A stretch of 46,241 nucleotides of DNA, from NCBI GenBank assembly GCA_041483895.1, contig JBGPGO010000024.1, positions 1-46,241 on the forward strand, read 5' to 3'. The notes beneath the pieces are model-generated. The model worked only from the letters and a program-made list of their open reading frames with translations. It was not told the origin of the DNA and ran no database searches. The position numbers and the translations under genes were made by a program. Of this stretch, positions 37,012 through 44,967 are shown one piece after another (position 1 is the stretch's first letter; every line of letters starts with the position of its first letter). Origin of the DNA: Fimbriimonadia bacterium. GTDB taxonomy: Bacteria > Armatimonadota > Fimbriimonadia > Fimbriimonadales > JABRVX01.

Positions 37012-38091
37012 TTACAATTGAATGCCGGCGGTCGCCTTCGGTACGTTGACGATTACTTTCATACGGTAGGCCTCTGTGCGTCCCGTTTGGCTGTTGTAGC
37101 CGGTGCCACATATCCATCCGTTGTCAGTAATGTGGGCGGCATCGTTGAGCCGGCTTCCGGCAAATAGGTGGGAGGACGAAAGTTCTGTTAGTGAAAACGC
37201 CATTCCGGAAACCCACAAGAAAGCGCTGTCAATGATGGCAGGCCCGACCTCGTGGGAGCTGTAACCGACCACGCGGTCTAGATTATCCAGCCCTATCGCG
37301 CTCGCGGACGTGTCGCCTGGCAGACAGTTGATGGTGTGCATTGCGCCGTCATACAGGTATCCAAGCTGGACTCCAAGACTGGTCCGCCATCCGGCCACGT
37401 GACCCAATTCATTCACCGCCAAACCCTCACTGCCGCCAGGGTTAGCGCTATCGATATCGGTAATCGTATTGCCAAGAATCCGGAAGGCGTGCACCGGTCC
37501 GCCGACGTATAGTGAAAACCCGGTGATGAATCCCGAATTGGAAATGTCAAGGGCCATTTCGCGGCCGAGCGAAAACGCCGGCAACGGTATGACCATTCCA
37601 TCCTGGAAGAGCACCGCATAGTACGGGGACCCTCCCGTCGCCGCGGATTGGCCGACTACGTCATCTTGATCATTGATCGCGAACCCAAAAGAACTGGCCA
37701 GACCGGGCAGTTTCCCCAAATGTGTGGCATCCGTGCCGTCATAGGAAATAAACGCCTGCTTACCCAGCGTCCCAAAGTTCATCTGGCCGGCAATGTGGCC
37801 GAGTGCGTTGATCGACCAACCCTCTCCCGCCATCCCGGGACCCACCTGGGACATAGATCCGTTGCGAAAAACGAACGGGTACTTGACACCGGTTGCCGCT
37901 TGATATGACCCGACAACCTCGCCGAGAGCGTTGACGGAATTGCTTTCACTAGCCACTCCTCCAAGGACTCCCAGCCACTTGAATTCCGTCACTTGGACAG
38001 CAGCGATCTGCTTGACCTGATGGGGGATGATCTGGCCGAAGCAACCAGCAGCAACAGCCAGGATTGTTGAACCGAGCAAAACGCCTTTCAT
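37012..38091 (-). CDS. Extracellular HAF-repeat protein (paralog 2)
   Basis: Colinear with 35653..36720; shares LGKLPGL.SSFG.A.NDQD.VVG.SAATGGSPYYAV and VIPLPAFSLGR. Confidence 0.85.
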   Translation of the reverse strand: MKGVLLGSTILAVAAGCFGQIIPHQVKQIAAVQVTEFKWLGVLGGVASESNSVNALGEVVGSYQAATGVKYPFVFRNGSMSQVGPGMAGEGWSINALGHIAGQMNFGTLGKQAFISYDGTDATHLGKLPGLASSFGFAINDQDDVVGQSAATGGSPYYAVLFQDGMVIPLPAFSLGREMALDISNSGFITGFSLYVGGPVHAFRILGNTITDIDSANPGGSEGLAVNELGHVAGWRTSLGVQLGYLYDGAMHTINCLPGDTSASAIGLDNLDRVVGYSSHEVGPAIIDSAFLWVSGMAFSLTELSSSHLFAGSRLNDAAHITDNGWICGTGYNSQTGRTEAYRMKVIVNVPKATAGIQL

Positions 38092-38298
38092 GGTGTAAGA
38101 GCACCTCGCTTTCCTGTGCTTCTTCTGTGGATCGTAGCGGATTTCGCGTGGAGTTGTCTGACCTTATTTTCAAGGACAGGAAGGGCAGCGTTCGGGCATG
38201 TCGGCCCGTCAGAGCCTGGCATTTTCGACCACAGCATGCAGCGGAAGTTACTCTCAGGATCCCAACCCATAGCGGTATGCTATACTATCGGGTAGCAT

Positions 38299-38595
38299 AT
38301 GTCCGATGAACAAGAACCAAAAGAGGAGCTTGAGGCGGTATCGGTCTTCGCGGCCGTTTACTACTCGATCCAGGCCTTTTCCAGCTTGGCCTTTCAGCGC
38401 ATGGGCCTGCATGCCGATGAAGTGACCGGCCAGGTCGAAAAGGATATGAAACAGGCCAAAGTCGCCGTGGACACGGCCCTGTTCCTGTGCGATCAGATGA
38501 TGCTGGAATTGGACGAAGAGGGCAAGCGCGAGCTGCAAGCCCTGATGAGCGACCTGCGCCTGAACTATGCCAAGCAGGCAGGGGGCGAAAGCTAA
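38299..38595 (+). CDS. DUF1844-like protein
   Basis: AFQRMG...TGQVEKDMKQAKVAVDT...L..LMSDLRLNY pattern. Confidence 0.78.
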   Translation: MSDEQEPKEELEAVSVFAAVYYSIQAFSSLAFQRMGLHADEVTGQVEKDMKQAKVAVDTALFLCDQMMLELDEEGKRELQALMSDLRLNYAKQAGGES

Positions 38596-39144
38596 ATGGC
38601 GCTCCAAAGGCTGAGTGTCGGGTGGGGCAATTTTCGCGCGCGTTTCGTACTCCTTGTCCAGCGGCTTGGGACCAAGCGTTTGTCTGCCAAGCGCGCAATC
38701 TCGGACACTTTGCAGGCCGGCCGAGAAGCGGCAAAGATGGGCTTTTACCGAGTCACGGGCTCTCAAGATATCGTCGCGTTGCGCAGGAACCTGATTGAAT
38801 TCTACGATCTGTTCGAGCAATTCGTGGATGTCGCCTGCGCGGCGGCCCGGACCGATGTGACCCAAGGTCTTGCCCGTGATTACGACGAATTCCGGGCGCG
38901 GGCTCAGAATCTATACCCGCCGCTCCGGTCGTATCTCTTGGCCTACCTTCGGGTCGATGTTTCTGATTCCGCATTTGGGCTCGCGGTGTGCGGCCGGGCG
39001 ACAGACGCATTTGAGTGTCTTTTCTGCGCGCCTTCGCTGCCGGCGCTTCTGTCTGCCGACGATGGCAACATGATGGATCGGATTGAACGAGTGCGGGACG
39101 CCCTCTATCGCTTCGGCGACCACCTGCGATCGAAAGTCCGGTAA
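38596..39144 (+). CDS. Hypothetical protein
   Basis: 182-aa ORF abutting the upstream stop (TAA-ATG), suggesting an operon. Confidence 0.7.
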   Translation: MALQRLSVGWGNFRARFVLLVQRLGTKRLSAKRAISDTLQAGREAAKMGFYRVTGSQDIVALRRNLIEFYDLFEQFVDVACAAARTDVTQGLARDYDEFRARAQNLYPPLRSYLLAYLRVDVSDSAFGLAVCGRATDAFECLFCAPSLPALLSADDGNMMDRIERVRDALYRFGDHLRSKVR

Positions 39145-39155
39145 GCTTTCGCGTA

Positions 39156-40028
39156 ATGTGGGAGCAGAGCTATTCCCCGAAATATCAGATCACCGAAAGG
39201 TCGCTCCGCCAGCATCTGTTCGATGATCCGCACATCCTGTCGGACGGCACGCTGGTAAACCCCAACACCGGCGGATGGGTGAGCGCCAAGGTCCCCCAAA
39301 CCCCACCCGCGTGGGCATCGATGCCCACGACCACCGGCTGGATCGGCGCCCTGGCGTCGCCGGACCGCGCCGAACAGGAGGACCTGCTGACGTTTGCTGA
39401 AACAGCGCTGCGCGCCGCGGGAATTAAGACGGTTCTGTTCGGGGGCGACCCGCGGCATCTGTATCCGGGCGTGCCTCAGGAGGAGCTGTGGCTAGCGCGG
39501 CTTCTGGCCGCCCATGGATTTGAGCCATGCGGCGAGGCGTGGGATTTGTGGGGAGGCATCGACGAGTTGTCCCGCACGGAAATTCCAGCGAGCGTCGGCC
39601 CCGCAACCGTCGCCGACGAGCCCGCGCTGAAACGTTTCCTGGAGCGGGAATTCCCCGGCCGATGGATGGCTGACACCCTGCATCGGCTGGAGGTCGAGGA
39701 CGATCCGTCATTCGCGGTCGTCATGCGGGAGGGGGATGAAATCGTCGCATTCACTCACGCCAGCCATACGGGCCAGCGGTTCTTGCAACCGAACCTGCAC
39801 TTTCACTGCCTCCAGCACCCCAATCCGGGCGGGATCGGTCCGGTAGGCGTGGCGGCGTCGCATCGCGGTCAGGGTCTTGGGCGGGTGATCATGGAGGCGA
39901 GCATCGAGGTTTTGCGGCAGGTGGGCGTCTCCGGCATCTGCGTGGATTGGACCGGCCTGTTGGATTTCTACGGCCTCTTCGGATTCAAACCTTACGCAAA
40001 GTACCTTATGTTCAAGAAGGACTTATAG
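39156..40028 (+). CDS. GNAT family N-acetyltransferase
   Basis: FPGRW; IGPVGVAASHRGQGLG acetyl-CoA motif; VDWT...FYG.FGF. Confidence 0.88.
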   Translation: MWEQSYSPKYQITERSLRQHLFDDPHILSDGTLVNPNTGGWVSAKVPQTPPAWASMPTTTGWIGALASPDRAEQEDLLTFAETALRAAGIKTVLFGGDPRHLYPGVPQEELWLARLLAAHGFEPCGEAWDLWGGIDELSRTEIPASVGPATVADEPALKRFLEREFPGRWMADTLHRLEVEDDPSFAVVMREGDEIVAFTHASHTGQRFLQPNLHFHCLQHPNPGGIGPVGVAASHRGQGLGRVIMEASIEVLRQVGVSGICVDWTGLLDFYGLFGFKPYAKYLMFKKDL

Positions 40029-40072
40029 GACGTATAGGTCTTATATGTCCTATAAGTCCTAAAAGTCCGATC
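40019..40072. repeat. 9-bp-period minisatellite/palindrome (GGACTTATA / TATAAGTCC)
   Basis: ggacttata ggacgtata ggtcttata tgtcctata agtcctaaa agtccgatc; contains the GNAT TAG stop. Confidence 0.75.
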
Positions 40073-40099
40073 CGTCTGCTGGAGGAGTACAATAGAACC

Positions 40100-40759
40100 A
40101 TGAAGCTTTTTGTAGATACCGGGAGCGTAGACGAGGTCGCGAAGGCCTGCGAGTGGGGGATTTTGGATGGCGTGACAACCAACCCGTCGCTGATTGCCAA
40201 ATCCGGGCGCGGGTTCCGCGAGACCGTCGTCGATATGTGTAACATCGTCAAGAACGGGGCCATCAGCGCGGAGGTCGTGGCAACCGATTACAACGGCATT
40301 ATGGAAGAGGCGCATTACATCGCCAAGTGGCACGACAATGTCGTTGTCAAGGTGCCCATGATCCGCGACGGCGTACGGGCGATCAGTGAGCTTTCCAAAG
40401 AGGGGATTCGGACCAATTGCACGCTCGTTTTCTCTGTCTCCCAAGCATTGCTGGCGGCCAAAGCGGGGGCGTCGTTTATCAGCAACTTCGTCGGGCGCGT
40501 GGACGACCTGAGCGGCGATGGCATGGAGGCCGTGGCGGAAAGCGTGCAGATGATCGAGAACTATGGCTACAAGAGTGAGATTTTGGTGGCCAGCATTCGC
40601 CATCCGCTCCATGTGGTCCAGGCCGTTCGGACCGGCGCGCACATCTCGACCATGCCGTTCAAGATCATGGACATGATGTTCAACCATTCGTTGACCGACA
40701 TCGGCTTGGACCGATTCCTGAGCGACTTCAAGGCGGCGGGTCTCAAGGTCTTCGAGTAA
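40100..40759 (+). CDS. tal: Transaldolase (short FSA-like family)
   Basis: MKLFVDT, GVTTNPSL, SAEV, VVVKVP (Schiff-base Lys), N.TLVFS, FVGR.DD, ASIRHP; true start ATG 40100. Confidence 0.93.
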   Translation: MKLFVDTGSVDEVAKACEWGILDGVTTNPSLIAKSGRGFRETVVDMCNIVKNGAISAEVVATDYNGIMEEAHYIAKWHDNVVVKVPMIRDGVRAISELSKEGIRTNCTLVFSVSQALLAAKAGASFISNFVGRVDDLSGDGMEAVAESVQMIENYGYKSEILVASIRHPLHVVQAVRTGAHISTMPFKIMDMMFNHSLTDIGLDRFLSDFKAAGLKVFE

Positions 40760-40869
40760 CGCCGGCATGATCGATAGGACAACTAGGTCGTATTGGTCCT
40801 ATAAGTCCTATTAATTTGATACGTCGGATGCGTCCAATATGTCCGATGCCGGCTGGAAGCCGGCGTTAC
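40756..40869. repeat. GTAACGCCGGC-type REP ends enclosing a 9-bp minisatellite
   Basis: gtaacgccggcat (40756-40768), then ataggac/tataagtcct units, then atgccggctggaagccggcgttac (40846-40869). Confidence 0.78.
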
Positions 40870-42776
40870 GAGGTGGCCGCAGCCAGCGTCGGCACTCCCG
40901 CTGGAGGTTCGGGAATGCGGTCTATGAATACCCGGTGCCAGATTTCCAAATTCAGAAGAGTCCAAAGCTCCCGCTCAAAATCCTGACGACCGGAAAAGTG
41001 CAATTCCAACGTGCGTTCCACCTCGCGGGCGTTGTAGTATCCCCGCTGCCGCGCCTCTTGGGAGAGCAGCATGTCGCGTGTGTATTGACCGAGCTTGCCG
41101 CCCATCCAAATGCTGACCGGCACCAAGAATCCCGCCTTCCGCCGACTGATAACCTCTTCCGGCAGCTTGTCCTTAAATGTATCTTTGAGGATGTATTTGA
41201 GGATGCCGTTCTTGATCTTGTATTGCGTCGGAACGCGCGCCGAAAACTCCACCAACTCGTGATCCAAAAAAGGCACGCGGGCTTCCAGCGAGACGCCCAT
41301 CGCCATCCGGTCGGCCTTCATCATCAGGTTGTCCGGCAGCCACGCGCGCAGGTCCCAGTACAGCATCTGTTCCACCGGATGCGCACCACGAACGCGATCC
41401 AGCATTGGCTCCACCAGTCGCCCGACGTCATGCGATACATGCAGGTCCGGCGAAAGAATCGCGTCTTTGTGCGCATTATCGAAAGACCCAAACCACATCG
41501 GAATCCGTTGCGCCTGTGGATATCGCAGCGCCTGTTCCGCCACCTTTAGGCGACGACATTCGAACGGAAGCGCCTGCACCATCGCCCCGATGAATTTTTC
41601 GCGCACCGCTCTCGGCAGCAAATGATACAGACGGGCCAATCGATCCGTGTGGCACTTCGGATATCCGCCGAACAGCTCGTCCCCACCTTCGCCTGTCAGC
41701 AAGACTGTCACATACTGCCGCGCCAATTTGCACAATAAATACTGCGGCACTTCGGCAAACTCACTCACCGGTTCGTCGCGGAACCAGGTGCAGGGCTCCA
41801 AGTTCGCCAAATATTCTTCAACGGTCACCATCACTTCATGGTGATCGACTCCATACCGATCTGCGGCGATCTTCGCCCACTTCAGCTCGCTGACCGACTC
41901 CTCTTGGTACCCGACCGCAAACGTCTGGATCGGCCCGGCCACCAGATCGCGCATCAATGCAACGATCAGTGTTGAATCCACGCCACCGGAAAGGGTCGCT
42001 CCGAGCGGCACATCGGACATCAGCCGCATCTTCACACAATCCGTGAATCGTGATCGCAGCTCCTCGGAATACTCCTCGTAACTGCGCGGCTTTTCGTGGC
42101 TGAACTGGAAATTCCAATATTCCTGAATACGCGGCCCGGTGCGATCGACCGACATCCAATGGCCCGATGGCAGCTTTTTGATTCCTTTGAACATCGTATC
42201 CGGTGCGGGGATATAGCGCAACGTCAGATGGTCCGCGACCCCTTGCACATTAACTTCGCGTGGAACAGATGGATGCAGCAACAGGCTCTTGATCTCCGAG
42301 CCGAACACCAGCGTCTCGCCGTTATCATAATAGTAGAGCGGCTTCTTCCCCATCCGGTCGCGCGCGATGAACAGCCTTTGCGCCGCCGCGTCCCACACGG
42401 CAAAGGCGTACATCCCGCGCAAATGCTCGCAGCAGGCGTCTCCCCATTCGGCGTAGGCCAGCAACACGCTCTCCGTATCGCAATGGGTGTGGAAATGCCG
42501 CCCTCGTGCCTCCAGCTTTGCGCGCAATTCTTTATAGTTCCACAGCTCGCCGTTATAGACGATGGTGCATCGGCCGTCGTCGGTGGAGATGGGCTGGGTG
42601 CCTGTCGAGAGGTCGATGATGGTAAGCCGGCGCATGGCAAGTCCTAGCCCGTCGATCTCGAAGAATCCGTCCTCGTCCGGACCCCGGTGGAAGATGCGCT
42701 CGTTCATGGCCCGGAGCAGCCCCCGGTCCACCGGTTCTCGGTTCCTATAGTTGAATACGCCTACGATGCCACACAT
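40866..42776 (-). CDS. asnB: Asparagine synthase (glutamine-hydrolysing) family amidotransferase
   Basis: N-terminal MCGIVG, HRGPD, LSGGVDS, LTGEGGDELFGGY, KADRM, EARVPFLD motifs. Confidence 0.95.
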   Translation of the reverse strand: MCGIVGVFNYRNREPVDRGLLRAMNERIFHRGPDEDGFFEIDGLGLAMRRLTIIDLSTGTQPISTDDGRCTIVYNGELWNYKELRAKLEARGRHFHTHCDTESVLLAYAEWGDACCEHLRGMYAFAVWDAAAQRLFIARDRMGKKPLYYYDNGETLVFGSEIKSLLLHPSVPREVNVQGVADHLTLRYIPAPDTMFKGIKKLPSGHWMSVDRTGPRIQEYWNFQFSHEKPRSYEEYSEELRSRFTDCVKMRLMSDVPLGATLSGGVDSTLIVALMRDLVAGPIQTFAVGYQEESVSELKWAKIAADRYGVDHHEVMVTVEEYLANLEPCTWFRDEPVSEFAEVPQYLLCKLARQYVTVLLTGEGGDELFGGYPKCHTDRLARLYHLLPRAVREKFIGAMVQALPFECRRLKVAEQALRYPQAQRIPMWFGSFDNAHKDAILSPDLHVSHDVGRLVEPMLDRVRGAHPVEQMLYWDLRAWLPDNLMMKADRMAMGVSLEARVPFLDHELVEFSARVPTQYKIKNGILKYILKDTFKDKLPEEVISRRKAGFLVPVSIWMGGKLGQYTRDMLLSQEARQRGYYNAREVERTLELHFSGRQDFERELWTLLNLEIWHRVFIDRIPEPPAGVPTLAAATS

Positions 42777-42892
42777 AGTCTGACCTTTCCATTATGGCAA
42801 GCATTGAACCTCACGGGCATATTATCGGTACGTGTGGGAGAGCGTTCGGGGTGCCGGGAAGCCGATTGGGTCTCGATTCTAGCTCGCTGAAG

Positions 42893-43936
42893 TCACTGGC
42901 GCCGTTCGTAAACTTCTTCCATCAGCAAGTTTGAAAGGCTGGCTTCATATTCGTCCGCCTTTTCAATCAGGCTGCGGGCCAGTATCGGTTCCGGCTCGGC
43001 CTTTGTCGGATATGCCCGAAGCGCCCCTAGGCGATGAGACAGCGCGGGGTGAGAAGCAAACAGTCCGGCGCGCTGTTGCAAGGCCGTGGCCTCAATCTCC
43101 TTCAGCGTCGGCTCGTCGAATTGGGCAATGACCTCACGGAAGCCCACCAACGGATTGCCTGGATTTGCCGTCTGGCCAGTACGCGCCAAATTTGACAACT
43201 GCATAGAAAAGATAAATCCGTACCGTTCAACGTCCATGAGAGTCGCGGCGCAGACATTCGATCCGTAGGCTCTTGCGGCGAATGCATCCGCGGCAAACTC
43301 CCGCACGCGGGACAGATAGGAAGACACGAAGTCGATAATCATGTAATAGATTCGCAATATCCAATAACATGGGTTGACGATGGCATACCGGTGTTCCGCC
43401 AGGCTCTGCAGCTGCTGGCCCATCCGCACCTCCGCATAGACGACAATCTCCTGCAGTGCCGAATCCTTATGAATTAAGTGGGCGAATTCGTGCGCAAGTA
43501 CGGCTTTGAATCGCTCGATCGTGAGCGCATCCAGCAACGGCAATCCGATTGTAAGGATTCGTCGCCCGCCTATCACGCCCAGGAATGCTCCGGCTCGATG
43601 CACGCTTGCGTTGAGATCGTGCGTGAGACACACCTCGTCCGGGATAGGGAACTTTAGCTTTTGGCCGACCTCGTCGAGAACCGCAAATAGTGGCGGGGCA
43701 TGACGACGCCGAATCTGAATTCTGCGCGGCTCGACAAATCGGGAGACCCAGAATCCAAGGACCAGGGAGGAGAGAATCGCAATGCAGGCCGCCTCTCCAT
43801 AGATTATTGCCCGTGGATTATGCGTTGACAGGGGAAGCGCAATGGCAGCGGTGACGAGGATGCCAATCATCGCCAGTATCAGGAGATAGTAGCCGATGAC
43901 CATTAGAACCAACAGAAAGAGCAGAAATGTCCTCAT
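42893..43936 (-). CDS. M48 (HtpX-like) membrane zinc metallopeptidase (alternative start 43978)
   Basis: N-terminal TMs; VLAHEFAH, REFAADAFA and SHP motifs. Confidence 0.88.
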   Translation of the reverse strand: MRTFLLFLLVLMVIGYYLLILAMIGILVTAAIALPLSTHNPRAIIYGEAACIAILSSLVLGFWVSRFVEPRRIQIRRRHAPPLFAVLDEVGQKLKFPIPDEVCLTHDLNASVHRAGAFLGVIGGRRILTIGLPLLDALTIERFKAVLAHEFAHLIHKDSALQEIVVYAEVRMGQQLQSLAEHRYAIVNPCYWILRIYYMIIDFVSSYLSRVREFAADAFAARAYGSNVCAATLMDVERYGFIFSMQLSNLARTGQTANPGNPLVGFREVIAQFDEPTLKEIEATALQQRAGLFASHPALSHRLGALRAYPTKAEPEPILARSLIEKADEYEASLSNLLMEEVYERRQ

Positions 43937-43993
43937 TCCTTGGTCTCTATTCTTACGTAAGTGGCTCGGCTCCTGCATCGGCGATAATAGATT

Positions 43994-44917
43994 GTGATTC
44001 TACTTGACGGCGCGATGGGAACGGAGCTGCAGCGGCGGGGGTACGACACCTCGCTGCCGCTCTGGTCCGCCCGCGCACTGATTGAGAGCCCGGATGCGGT
44101 GCGGCAGATCCATCAAGAGTATGCCGATGCCGGGGCGGATGTGATGGTCACAAACAGCTTCCGCACCCACCGACGGAATCTTGCCGCTGCGGGGGTTGCC
44201 GACCGGGCGGAGGAATTGACACGGTTGTCCGTCCGCCTCGCCTCCGGCCTCGGATGCCGGGTCGCCGGCTCCATCTCGCCCCTTTTCGACTGCTACACTC
44301 TGTCGCTCTCCATCGGTGAGGCCGCCGAGGAGGAGCACGTCGAATTCGCCGGGTGGCTGGTCGATGAAGGCTTGGACCTGCTTCTCATCGAGACCATGCC
44401 GACCGTAGCCGAGGCCCTCGCCGCCCTCCGCGCCTCCAAATCCGCTCGTAACGCTGCCTTCCAGGCGGCAAAAACCAATGCCGGCAAGATGCCGGCGTTA
44501 CGTAATTCGGCCGAGGAGGCATCCAATGCCGGCAAGATGCCGGCGTTACAAATCTGGGTGTCACTCGTTCCGGAGGGTCTGGACCCTGTGCGGACGCTGG
44601 ACGGCAAGCCGCTCGCGGACGCCATCCTGCAACTCGTCGCCGAGGCTCCCGATGCCGTCTTGGTCAACTGCGCCGCGATGGAGGTGATCGAAGCGGCGGT
44701 CGCGATCCTGAGCCAAACGGACATCCCATTCGGCGGCTACGCCAACAACGGCTCGCCATCGGACGAAGGCGGCTGGCGGTTCGACAAGGATCTCCCAGTC
44801 GAAGACTTCGCCACCCACTGCCAACGACTGAAAGATCTTGGCGCAACCATCATCGGCGGCTGCTGCGGAACAACCCCGCAGCATATCAAAAAGATGTCCG
44901 AATCCCTCAAACGTTAG
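43994..44917 (+). CDS. Homocysteine S-methyltransferase family protein
   Basis: ILLDGAMGTEL, AGAD, IETMP, VNC and IIGGCCG Zn-binding motifs. Confidence 0.92.
   Translation: MILLDGAMGTELQRRGYDTSLPLWSARALIESPDAVRQIHQEYADAGADVMVTNSFRTHRRNLAAAGVADRAEELTRLSVRLASGLGCRVAGSISPLFDCYTLSLSIGEAAEEEHVEFAGWLVDEGLDLLLIETMPTVAEALAALRASKSARNAAFQAAKTNAGKMPALRNSAEEASNAGKMPALQIWVSLVPEGLDPVRTLDGKPLADAILQLVAEAPDAVLVNCAAMEVIEAAVAILSQTDIPFGGYANNGSPSDEGGWRFDKDLPVEDFATHCQRLKDLGATIIGGCCGTTPQHIKKMSESLKR
44447..44550. repeat. REP doublet/triplet embedded in-frame in the methyltransferase gene
   Basis: cgtaacgctgccttccaggcggca ... tgccggcaagatgccggcgttacg ... tgccggcaagatgccggcgttaca, encoding RNAAFQAAKTNAGKMPALRNSAEEASNAGKMPALQ. 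Confidence 0.87.
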
Positions 44918-44967
44918 TCATTCTGTTACAATAGGGGCGAAAGGGGCGTCCAATCAACCGTGAACAA

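Noticed and set aside
39947..40099. N-terminal extension of transaldolase (LIGRIGLICPISPKSPI)
   Set aside because: It is a translation of the GNAT overlap and the minisatellite; the family start is MKLFVDT at 40100.
40866..42776. asnB as part of a lasso-peptide or exosortase cluster
   Set aside because: No precursor peptide, B protein, glycosyltransferase or exosortase gene is adjacent.
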